Source: Macrostomum lignano (Eukaryota). Taken from it: DNA of 28,843 nucleotides. The stretch is taken from NCBI GenBank assembly GCA_002269645.1, contig NIVC01002671.1:1-28843 (forward strand), read 5' to 3'. Under the pieces are notes generated by a model, which searched no databases, was not told where the DNA came from, and saw nothing but the letters and a program-made list of their open reading frames with translations. Position 1 is the stretch's first letter, and every line of letters begins with the position of its first letter. The position numbers were made by a program, and so were the translations under genes. Of this stretch, positions 11,074-21,722 are shown piece by piece.

Positions 11074-13468
11074 CTTAAGGGTCAACGCTGAGGTGATGCA
11101 AGGTGATGCAAGTGCCAAAGTGCACAATGCGAATTCAATGAAAAGCTTTGGAATGTCGAACGAGTAGCTCTTATTATTACAATCCATAAATTTAGTTAAC
11201 AATAATGCCAGTGTTCAGAACATTTCTCCCTCGCAACAAGTGTGTCAAATATTCCTTGTAAACTGTCATTCTGTTTGCTTTTTAAATCAATATTTCGCTT
11301 TTTACTGTTTTTTTCATGGCACCCGTCCCGAATTGACCGAATGGCTTAACACATGGATGTATTACGCTTCAACTCAACGCATCTATATTATTTACTTAGC
11401 ATTATTTAGTGAATGAAAGTAACTGCATCGTTTCTACCTGAGAAAATTCCCTGTTTTCCACTTTTCCACCTGTCGGAGTTTTGCATATTGTTTTATTAAT
11501 TCCGAACAAAAAAGCCCCATAGACGTGGGACAATAAAACGATTTATTTTGAGTTAAACAAGCGATAAAACCTCTTCAGGACTAGGCCTAAATTTTTATCA
11601 TCTCCGTTTTAGTCTAATAGTAAACAGAGCTTACCATAGACCATTTGGCTTCTGACTGAGCCATAGGTATTTTTTCTCTCCGTTCCGATCGGCATGGCAA
11701 GCAATGCTTATCTACAGATTTAGCCGACTAGGGTAGAAAATGAGACAAAACGTACATCTAGTAGTCTGTTACTAGACTGAAAGCACACTGGTCCCTGTAA
11801 AAAAAGGGATGGGCAACACGAACAGTATAAGAAGCGTGCTTTTTCCTAGCCCTTTAACGAACACCTTTCGGCCGCCGCACTTACAGTATACAATCCAAGC
11901 GTTTCGGACCATCTGCAAGCACAGGTGCAAACCACAGATACTATATAACAGATAGTTTCTGGAAGCCAGCATTCGTGAATTCGTGCAGAGCACTGAGATG
12001 ACCAGAAGGCGACCAGCCGCTGCAGCTTAATTAAGCCTTCGGCCAAGTCAGCCCGCACTTTCCAATGCGGATTGCGGCCCGAGAAAGTCAGCCAAGACCA
12101 ACTAAGCGGTGTCGCGTCTGCTACCGAGCTGAAAGAATCATTCGATCAATCTACTGCTGCCCTGCGTGTCCAGGTGAACCGGGACTGTGTCTGGAGACCT
12201 GCTTTCAGCAATGGCATTCTTGAATTTTTGATAGCTTTGGTTCCCGGTGCACGCATGCAGCAGGCAAAATATTTCATGCTATATTCCCTTCTATAGGTGT
12301 GCCTCGAAGAAAATTGAGAAAATGGGCTTCTCACAGTTAGCTTTTTCTTTCTGAGACTATTATTAAATTAAAATCGGATCGGCGCTAACTTCTCAAGTTG
12401 CTAAGAATGTGCTATAAAAATTTGTTGAATGAATGCCAAAACCTAATCGTTTGTATACTTCCGGATGAAATAATATCTTTAGAGAGCTGAGAGACAAGTG
12501 GAAGTAATTTAATAACGTTTAATTTATTCTGTTTATCAATAAATTCTTGTTTCTTTTTCTTCATTTGGAAATCTTGAGCACCTAAACGATCATTAAATTC
12601 ACTAAATAGATGCATTAAATTCAATCCCAAATATTTTTACAAAGTAACGGAGCTTTTGTCTATGGTAGCAAGGCTGGCACAGCAGCATTAATTTGGTCCA
12701 TAGCGTCAATGAAACGCAATCATGATTTGAGCAGATTTCACTGTACCAATACAAGGTGGCTTCAACAATGCGATCTGCGAGAGGGCTGGAGAGGGAGAAG
12801 TAGGATCTAACAAAAACAGTAGTTGCTCTTTCCGGCGTTATCATTGCATAGTTCTAATCCAATTCTAATTAATAATTCAATTTTGTGCCTTCCAGCTGCA
12901 GCCAAATCGAAGCCGGACTCGCGGCCCAGCTGGAAAGAGCGCGGCTGCATCATGCTTGAGTCGAAGAACTGGCGCTACGATGACTCGGACAATTCCACAA
13001 TCTGCGTTCACAGATTCCTTGATCTTGGCTACGACTCATTCGCCAAGGAGCGCAAGAAGCCGTTTAACATCACTGCTCGCTTCTGGCCCCGGGTTCGAAT
13101 TTTCAAATGAAGAAGTAAATTTGACAATAATTGCGTGACTGTCAAGTGCTTAAGCTTCTAGTGATGCCATTTCATAACAGAAAGAAGAAGTGCACAGTGC
13201 AAACTCAATGAAACGCGTTGGAATGTCTCGTTTCTCGTGTTGCAATCCATAAATTTAGTGTGCACGTGTATGTACTGCAGAACAGGAGCAACACTGCCAG
13301 TGTTCAGAACATTTTTCCTGTGCGATAAGTGTGTCAAATAGCTCGTACTGCTTGTCGAACGTAAACAGATTTTGCACTTCTATTGTTTTGTCATTGCACC
13401 TTGATCCATTTTTGACCGGATGGCTTAGCATACACATATTACTATTCATCCGCTCAATGCATCTCTAC
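10596..13468 (+). repeat. Local direct duplication of the GT32-A last exon with flanks: about 10596-11386 and about 12784-13468
   Basis: Shared upstream intron sequence (GGCTGG..GAGAAG.AGGATCTAAC; ATTGCATAGTTCTAATCCAATTCTAATTAATAATTCAATTTT), the exon (95% identical), and a more diverged 3' flank (CAATCCATAAATTTAG, GCCAGTGTTCAGAACATTT, AAGTGTGTCAAATA). Confidence 0.9.
12896..13110 (+). CDS. Duplicated (alternative) terminal exon 4b of GT32-A
   Basis: Same acceptor TTCCAG|CTGCAGCC and same phase as exon 10847-11073. Open frame AAKSKPDSRPSWKERGC...RIFK*. Ten nucleotide differences in 215 nt; splicing it would give a 383-aa isoform. Confidence 0.6.
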
Positions 13469-13479
13469 ATGCGCTTTGG

Positions 13480-13833
13480 ATTTCTACAAGAGCGAATCTA
13501 TCACAGACCTACACCAATCATTGTCTCCGTGCTACGGTTGTCACGACACTAGCAACCAAGGGCATTTCTGTTGGCGACCTTCAATTTGCTACCGGTCACA
13601 AGAGGCCAGAGTCGGTTCAGAGGTACGCAAAGCGGATCTCGCCAGCGAAGAAGCGTCAACTGTCCGATGCTCTGACAATGGATTCTTCACCGCCTGGTCC
13701 AATCGTTAAACGAGTCACGAGCGACGTCCCACTTCAATCGCCTGGTTTTAGCGTTGAGCGTGGCGACCTAAAAGTATCTGCTGTTGACTGCGAACAAAGG
13801 ACTTTAATGGAGTTCTGCCGACTGCAGTGCTAG
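13480..13833 (+). mobile_element. Crypton-type tyrosine recombinase, 5'-truncated C-terminal fragment
   Basis: A start-less frame missed by the ORF track reads ISTRANLSQTYTNHCLRATVVTTLATKGISVGDLQFATGHKRPESVQRYAKR. It has the catalytic HxxR, GH and Y of tyrosine recombinases in the YTNHxLRAT...TGH...Y pattern of animal Cryptons (DUF3504/KCTD1-like). Confidence 0.85.
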
Positions 13834-15853
13834 AGAAAAATAGATCCCGTGTTCTATTTTTCCTATAAGTGAGTACCTCTGAATGTCACTTGGGCATTGA
13901 ACTACCTTATGTACTGTAAAGACGGCGTGGGTTGCACCACAAGACTACTATATTAAATCGTTACTGTTGTCCTCTTTGTGATGTTGCACTTTTAACGTTT
14001 TAAATACAATCGTTTCGTCTTCGTCTATGGCCAAGCCCGATATCGGACAGAGAATGGGCCGTTTCTTAAGCAGTCTTGCCCGCAAAGTCAAGCAGGAATA
14101 GATTTTACAGTGAATTAATTATATTATTTATTTAGCATCATTCGGTGAATGAGAGCACTACCGCACCTTGCCTGAATTTTGCGCATTGTTTTATTGAAGA
14201 GAATCCTGAGGCTGTTTGCTCGCTCTGTCAATGTATTGACTGAATCGAAGTTGCAACTGCATTTTGCATACTTCGTCAACTGATTCGTGGTGAAGCATCT
14301 GGCGGAAATGAAAACTTCAGTTACGAGTGCAATTTTTTATCCAGATTTCCTACTACTCATAATTCCCATATGAATATGTTTTACACATACTACGAGCGTA
14401 CAAATGGCGTTTCAGAGACTGTCAGATACATTAGAATTGATATTTTGCAAATCAGTTTGTTCTCGTTTCAAAGTGCTGTCCTGTGATTTATTTTTTCATA
14501 TATAAGTAACGGAGTTATGCACGAGTAGTTTAGCTACATTTTCCCCCTAATGTTTGTTAAATCCCTGTAAGAGCAAAAATGGCATTCCATCCCTCTAATC
14601 TATTTAGCTTGTACTACTCGTGTAATAATCGAATAAATAGCGCATAATATGTTCATTTTTTCTTACGATTATTTCAATACCTTATAATCGATTTGTGTCA
14701 ATGTTTTCGCTTTAGTTTTTACAGCAAAATTTGTAGCTAATCGCATATAGGGTTTAGAAATTTGCAAGAATAGGGCTCATAAAATTATTAGCAAAGTACA
14801 AGAACGCCAAAAACGAGGTGAGCTTAGGTCAGAAGTGCGAGCTAAAATAAGTGAAAGTGAAAAGACACGGCGCATAAATGAAACGATTAGAGGTCAGTAG
14901 CGGGGAGTTAAGTCTGATAAGAATCTAACAGCAACCTCCATTCCAGATATCAGGCCAAGCGAGATGACAACATCAGCTGAGGCACTGGGCAGGGTCAGTC
15001 GGTGCGGTGCCAGGCAAGCAAAGACGGCAAGATATCCCGACTGGCGGGTGAGATAAAGCAACGGCTGACAGTCGAGGTCGATCGGTGCAGGCGCGCGTGG
15101 AATTTGGCCGAGTGGAGAAAGAGAAGCAGCGGCTCACCCGGCACTGATAACCGAAGTGCTGGATCGGTGCGCGGACGTTGCACAAAAGAGCAGAAAGTGA
15201 ACTCCATACTGACCTCCTCTAATCACCTTGTAGCTAAAATAACTGGTACTAAATAAATTTATCTCGCCCTCGTAAGCAATCCGCTATATTAGTTTATAAT
15301 GTTAATTGCGTCTGTTTTCTTGGACCCTGCCGTTGCTAACCAAAAGGAAATCTACCCCCTTTAGCGGCAAGGGATAACGTATCATGGTATCTATAAAATG
15401 GACACAGCCTCGGCCCTTGAGCGGGCAATCTCGCTATATGCTTTGTTCAGTAGTCTCCCAAACACTTGAGTTTTATTATTCAATTGTGCTAAAGACGCAA
15501 AAATACTTTAGCTAAAAGCTAAAATTCATTTAGCTTGCACTGTAAATGCAAAGCTTACTTCTAATAAAATCAAGACAATTAGCCTTTCGGGTAAGCCAGA
15601 TAAAGCTGCATGTACGCGGGTTACTCTTATGCAACTTACAGTCGAAAGATAACAACGATAAAACCTACTTGAAATTTAGACGAATAAAAATATATAGACG
15701 AACCACAGAAAAAATCAGTTTTATAAGTACACAAATATTCTTTTTTCTATGAGTATACTCGCCAAGGAAATACTGGGGGACCCAAAAAGAGAAGCAGGAC
15801 TAGGAATAGGCATCGCATTTTCCAAGCGGGAGACGTGTGTCACTTTTTTGTAT

Positions 15854-16290
15854 GACGGCCGATGTCTATGGTCTAAGACGCCCGATGTCTATGATCTAAG
15901 GCGGCCGATGTCTATGGTCTAAGACGGCCGATGTCTATGATCTAAGGCGGCCGATGTCTATGATCTAAGACCGCCGATGTCTATGGTCTAAGACGACAGA
16001 TGTCTATGGTCTAAGGCGGCCGATGTCTATGATCTAAGGCGGCCGATGTCTATGGTCTAAGACGGCCGATGTCTATGATCTAAGGCGGCCGATGTCTATG
16101 GTCTAAGACGGCCGATGTCTATGATCTAAGACGGCGGATGTCTATGATCTAAGGCGGCCGATGTCTATGGTCTAAGACGGCCGATGTCTATGATCTAAGG
16201 CGGCGGATGTCTATGGTCTAAGACGACCGATGTCTATGGTCTAAGACGGCCGATGTCTATGGTCTAAGACGGCCGATGTCTATGGTCTAA
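15854..16290. repeat. Minisatellite, 19 x 23 bp (GRCGGCCGATGTCTATGRTCTAA)
   Basis: 437 bp equals 19 units; variants at two positions partly alternate. Confidence 0.97.
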
Positions 16291-17030
16291 ACATAGTGCC
16301 AAGAACAGTCGTTTTCTAGCATTCGTGGCTTCGCTATGGTATACACGTTTTATTGTTGCTGAGTTAAATGTACGAGCGTAATAAAAAAATTACTTTTGCA
16401 ACTTTTTGACGATACAGCCTTCTCAGCTTGGTTTGGATGGGGTATACGATCGTATATGAAAGATCGTTAATAGATGAGATAGGTTTCTGACTTAACTTGA
16501 AGTGTAACTCAGTGACTCAGCTCGCACCTTCAGAGCGAAAATGAAATTTCTTTAACGTCTTGTAGGCCTTGAACGTCCTTATGTATAAAGAAATGGCAAT
16601 TACGATCTACATGCATGGATAAAACTGGCATCTATGTTTACTCTCCTCAAATTCAAACACAACTAATCGTCCTGTTCCATTACAGATTGGGGCGTGTTTC
16701 AGTTAGGGAACGCTACAAAAAGCACTGATTCACGTCATGCCCACGGATATCTTGATTAGAAACAATTTCAAAATATTCGCTTCAAATACCTAATTATCCA
16801 TGCCACTGGCTAAGAGAGGAACCTTTAAGTCGCCTTTCTGCCTGCGTCTATACCAGTAATTTTTGGTCACTCTGATGTTGACCAAATTTCCATTGTTCTG
16901 TAGGTATAGGGAACGTCTGTAGTCTAGTCTAGTTTTACACTATTAAATAATGAAGGCCCCAGAGAGGGTCGGGGCAGGACTTTTCAGCCTACTGGTGCGC
17001 TGCATTATCGCTCCTATACACAAAACCTAG

Positions 17031-17341
17031 TAATAATAATAATAATTGATTGCACCTGCCCTAATGCGATGATGTGCAACCGACAGCTCAGCCGCAGCTA
17101 TTGCGCAGCGCATCTGAAGGCTGCGTACGGCTGTTCAGTCCAAGGACTGGGGGTGACGCCACAGACAGCCTCAATAACCCCAGCTAATGCATTTGCTGAC
17201 CCATTTTACAGCTGAGTGAACTGAAGCAATGCAGAGTTAAGTGTCTTGCTCAAGGATACAAATTGTTCCGAGTGGGTCGAGAATCGAACCTCTGACCTTT
17301 CAGTCGTGAGTTCGACGCTTCAACCAGTAGGCTACAATCCC
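17031..17341 (-). mobile_element. tRNA-derived CORE-type SINE, full length
   Basis: Minus strand: A box TAGCCTACTGG, B box GGTTCGATTC, then TCCTTGAGCAAGACACTTAACTCTGCATTGCTTCAGTTCACTCAGCTGTAAAATGGG (matches the MIR/CORE consensus CCTTGGGCAAGT.ACTTAAC...CAGTTT..CATCTGTAAAATGGG), and a (TTA)n tail. Decayed TSD-like TACACAAA[A/G]CCT on both sides. Confidence 0.88.
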
Positions 17342-18025
17342 TTTTACACAAAGCCTGCAACGTTGAATAGCGCTAGCAACTATTTTATTTTCACAAGAGG
17401 CGCGCTAACTTTTCGGCAAGTGGCTCATAATTCGTTTTTTTTCAACATTAAAATACAAGAAAATGTTTGTCAAATGACTATTATCATACGAGTATTCTAT
17501 AGGTTTATCCGTGACTTTTTAGCGCATTGCAATGAAGAATCAATAGTCATTCACTCGACTATTTCAAATTAAAACGGCAAAAAACCCCGCAAATCAGGGC
17601 GATTTCTCGTGTTCATCACAGCTCTGTCACAGCATCTTTGCCTTCGCAAGGTCACTGCAAGCTGGGTGCCTCGCGCCCTGACTACAGAGCATGACTCGAG
17701 TGTGTTTTGCTTAGCGTTTCATGCATGCAATACAAAAATAGAACTCAATCCTACACAAAACCACTACATACGTTTGTTAAAAAGATTTTTGTAAATTTTT
17801 ACCGTAAAACCTTTTTGTCAATTTCGGGCTGGGAGCTTACAATAATTAAGAAATTAACTGTTCAATTTTTTTAAATGCTTTGTTTAATTTGATTAAAATT
17901 GATTTTACTTCTAGTTTTTTGCGGAGTCTAATCAATTTTAACAACCGAGGAGCAATCTGGAAAGTCATAAATACATCAAATCTAAACTCACAACCGTCTG
18001 CACATTTGCAACAGACATTCCAACC

Positions 18026-20661
18026 ATGGCTGCAGGCTTCTACAGAGCCCTGCAGTATCCATCTAAACGTTTAACTCTTTTTACAACAATTCTGGTGAGT
18101 GTTTTTTGTTAACTAGTTGACAGGAGGGCTTCGGGCACTGGCACAACTCAACGCAGGTGACAGTTGACCCGTGTAGTGATGATTTTCTTAGAAATGCACT
18201 GGAAGGACTTTCGTTTTTTGTATTGCCAGTGCATTTACACCTTTTTGCGTTCTATTTCGATAAAACTGCGTTCAAGTTCGGCAAACTGGCTTTCATTTTC
18301 GGCATCAGCTATGGCCGCACATCCAAACTGCATTCGAATTCGACAAACTGAGAACAAATTTCGGCAAACTGCATTGTCAAACAATTGCGCTTTTGTTTTT
18401 ACCATAGAAGCGTGCGGCAACGCAATGGGGCATTGCCGCACGCAAAACGGTACGTTTCCGCACGCTTCTATGGTAAAAACAAAATCGTTAGCCAATGATG
18501 TCGACGCACTGCTTTCGAGTGCAGCAACGACCATAGACACTCGTGCGCGGAGTGCGTCATCTCTACATTCAATTTCGCAGCCAGCGCCTCGTGCCACAGA
18601 CTGTATTGAATATTGAATATAGAAATTGAATATCAGTTTTGGGTTTAGATGCGTCTATTTCCATAGACAGTTTGTGGCACGAGGCGCTGGCTGCCGAAAT
18701 TGAAAATACGATGCCGAAATTGAATGCAGTTTGCCGAATTTGAATGCAGTTTACCGAAATTGGTTTTCGGTTTGTCGAATTCAAATGCAGTTTGGATGTG
18801 CGGCCATAGCTGATGCCGAAAATGAAAGCCAATTTGCCGAAATTGAATGCAGTTTGAGCACAGGCTGTTCAGCTGCCCTGACTTTTTCATCTTCAAGAAT
18901 GTATACATTCTGTGCCCTGAGGGATAGAAGTGAATCGAACAGCAAGCATTCAACAACAGTCAGACGCCACCTCCTGGTTGAGAGAAGCTTAGTGGATTAT
19001 ATCGCGTTTCCCGATCCACCAGAATGCCATAGATCTTAGTTTGGCAACATTAGTTCAGAACAACTTCAGGACAGTTAAAGCAGATGTCTTGAACTATAAA
19101 AAGGAAGTTGCCTGCTGACCCTCTGTAGAGCCTCACAGCCTCGTATAGTTGAGGACAGAACTTTTACCCCAGAAAATCGCGGGACATCGACTCCTCAGCC
19201 TTTTAGAAATAAAAAAAATGCTGTAAAAGTTACAGAGACGTCACAAGCTAATTACTGAGCACAGCGCACTATTAAAAAGCAGGCTCATTATTGACCATCT
19301 TCGCCGATTGCTGAACCTGAGCTTTCAGATCGCCTGCCCGCTGATTGTCGGCCTTCTTCATTGGCAGCTTCAGCAACGCCAGTCTCAACCGGGCGGTGCA
19401 GCTCCGTTCCGTCGCCTACTGCACCAGGTGTTCACCAGCGAGCTGGTCTATGAGAACTATCGGCCCTTCATCAACAGCTGTCTATCGGCTAACCCGGACT
19501 TCACCTACGTGCTCTGGCGCAACTCGGACGCGGAGCGCCTGCTGGCAGACAATTTCCCGGACTTGCTGCCAGTGTACAGGGGCTACGGCAGCGACCTGCA
19601 GCGCTCCGATGCGGTCCGATATGCAGCGCTGTATCTCTTCGGGGGTATGCTATTAAGTACACCATTAAGTGCAGTGCAGAAAGGGTGTGAAATTGGCTAC
19701 GCCAATTTCAAATCAGTAGACCTCGGGGATTTTATTGTAAATCTGAACGCTCCATACGGCTCCTTATTTCAATCCTCTTTATATTAGCTAGACATGATTT
19801 TAGAAGACTTTAGAAGACCATATCGGATTCAATGAAGAAAGTAGTCAACCCTATACTGCACAGGTGTCTACCTGGACATGGATGTTCAGTGCCTGCAACC
19901 GCTGACACCTCTCCTAGACAAGGCCTGGCAGATGTCTGCGGCCCTTCTCGACCAGGAGCGGCCGGAGCAGACTCGGATTGTGTGGGGCCGCGCCTTCCTG
20001 ACCATGAACTCCGTCATGGCAGCTCCGCCGCGACACCCGTTTTTCCGGCTGATGGTCCGCGCGCTTCCCGAGCGGAGCGGCGAAGCCTCCATAGTGCACA
20101 GCACCGGGCCGCAGCTGCTCACCAGGAAGTACACCGAGTACTCCCTGGCTGGTAGAAAGCCACCCGTGCTGCTGCTGCCATACGTCCTGTTCTCGGCCTG
20201 GATGAATCCGAATCGAAATTGGAAGGGGCTCTGCAACCACGAGTGTAAGCAGGTCTAAGATCAGACTAGTTTTGAAGCTTTCTGTGCGGCCCGCTGTGCA
20301 TGTAATATTTAAGGTCATTTTAGTTTCAAATGCAGTGACAAAACCATCATCGCTAAGGACAGTGAGCCGCGAGGCGGAAGAAACAGTGACCGGCACGCCG
20401 GAGGAGGTCGAGATTGACCACTGGCGACGACTGGGCTGCCGACAGTTGGCTGCGAAGCATTGGCAACTGGACGAAGTTAACATCAGCCCGGAGGCCGGCC
20501 GTGAAGCCAGTCTGGGAGTCCACAGATTTCTACACTTGGGCTACGAGTTCGCGGCTTCTGAACGAATGCGCCGCTTCAACCTCAGCGAAGCCTTTCCGGG
20601 CCGAGTGGTCTTCTACGATAGGATCGCTTCCGTGCTGGAAGACCACCTTGGTGATGGGTGA
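18026..20661 (+). CDS. Glycosyltransferase family 32 (DXD) type II membrane protein, paralog B, about 363 aa
   Basis: Exons 18026-18094 (Kozak caaccATGg; MAAGFYRALQYPSKRLTLFTTIL), 19329-19644 (IACPLIVGLLHW...RRLLHQ...NPDFTYVLWRN...QRSDAVRYAALYLFG), 19864-20244 (GVYLDMDV...NSVMAAPPRHPFF...STGPQLLT) and 20336-20661 (VHRFLHLGY). Total 1092 nt, phases 0,1,1. Confidence 0.88.
18263..18855. mobile_element. Nested inverted-repeat (fold-back-like) element in intron 1 of GT32-B
   Basis: Outer arms 18263-18375 and 18743-18855 (113 bp, about 90% complementary, built from TGAATGCAGTTTGCCGAAAT-like subunits). Inner arms 18568-18604 and 18667-18704. Confidence 0.85.
18391..18484. mobile_element. 94-bp hairpin MITE with perfect 27-bp TIRs, inside the fold-back
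   Basis: TTTTGTTTTTACCATAGAAGCGTGCGG (18391-18417) is the exact reverse complement of 18458-18484. Confidence 0.8.
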
Positions 20662-21233
20662 CACCTGTCGCCAAAATTTGACAGTCTTTGTGTGGTGCCG
20701 GAATGCTGAGCTCATGGCACTGCCAGTGACTAACTAACCGATACGTGCACCGGCAACATGCACACTATTCTCTCCCGTTCTCTTTGCCCTGTCTGGCAGT
20801 ATCCCTTAGCTTTCATGTACGTAGTAATTGTCATCACGTGACCTATTTCGTTAGTGATTTATAAGCCCTCTCTCATGTTATCATTAAATAGGCTGGTTGC
20901 TAAGTGAAACAGATCGAAGAATTTTGTAAACTACACGGCACGACACTTTGATGCGAGTACTATAATTAACAATTAGAGGCTAAACGGCGCCAATTCACTG
21001 TCAGTTGTTGAACTTCTACGGTCAAAAATTATTTAACAAATGCTAGAATACCCTGTATATTTTAAAACTACAAAATATTATTTTCGATCATCAAGCAATC
21101 TGCAAAACAATTAGTACACTTTCAGTATGCATGCGACGATTCAGTAGCAGTTGCATAAATTTGCTTCTCGCAGAATCTTGCCCACTTTTCGTCCAAGCGT
21201 ACGAGCGTCGCGTGTTCACAAAGCCCAATTATT

Positions 21234-21722
21234 TCACTCCTCCTTAGCTGCAGCATCAACCCTTTTCGAACTGTGCCGAGCCATGGCGCCGAGAATGCGC
21301 AGATTTGCAGCCAGCAAGAGGCCGTGAACCACAGTCGAGTGCACAAGGTGCCACATCCAGTCGGTGTTGTAGTCGGTCGGCTTGTGCGAAATCAGCACGA
21401 CGAGGGGCGCAACCAGCATCGCCAAGGAGCGCAGCTTGCTGCCCAAGGACACGCTGTCTAGAGTGCAGAATCGCAGCAGAATGGCCACAGCTGACAAAGC
21501 CAGCGGGAATCTGCCGATGTAGTTCTCCATGATCTGCGTGGTGTAGGCATGGTACTCAGTGGGCACGTAGGGCTCCACGTGATCGCCGAGACCGCCAAAC
21601 AGACCGGCAATGTAGCAGGCAGCGAAGAAACCAGGCAGAGCAGGCCAGCTCTTGTAGGCGATGATGGCATTGCTGACTAGGTACCACAGAGTGCAGGCGT
21701 GAAGCCACAGCGGCAGGGCCAT
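21234..21722 (-). CDS. Hypothetical multi-pass (about 5 TM) membrane protein, 162 aa, single coding exon
   Basis: GC3-rich intact ORF with Kozak-like aaccATGg and five hydrophobic segments. Probable 66-nt 5'UTR intron (GTAAGT at 21794; AACAG acceptor at 21729). No family recognised. Confidence 0.75.
   Translation of the reverse strand: MALPLWLHACTLWYLVSNAIIAYKSWPALPGFFAACYIAGLFGGLGDHVEPYVPTEYHAYTTQIMENYIGRFPLALSAVAILLRFCTLDSVSLGSKLRSLAMLVAPLVVLISHKPTDYNTDWMWHLVHSTVVHGLLLAANLRILGAMARHSSKRVDAAAKEE

Noticed and set aside
11950-12300. GC-richer segment with short ORFs between the duplicated exons
   Set aside because: No recognisable motif or consistent splice sites.
14940-15250. GC-rich, coding-looking island (possible pseudogene or TE fragment)
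   Set aside because: The plausible peptides switch frames and match no family I recognise.
15854-16290. CRISPR-like appearance of the 23-, 32- and 39-bp arrays
   Set aside because: Units are contiguous with no unique spacers, there are no cas genes, and the context is eukaryotic introns or intergenic DNA.
17265-17341. tRNA gene on the minus strand
   Set aside because: A and B boxes are present, but the sequence runs into a CORE domain and a (TTA)n tail, so it is a SINE head.
18164-19039. Opposite-strand ORFs sharing peptides such as CAAIADAENESQFAE
   Set aside because: The shared peptides come from the inverted-repeat arms, not from duplicated genes.
19645-19787. C-terminal extension of ORF 19308-19787 (and 8019-8032, 9125-9144, 20245-20258)
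   Set aside because: Intron read-through; splicing at GG|GT restores the GT32 GxYLDxD motif and matches the paralog.
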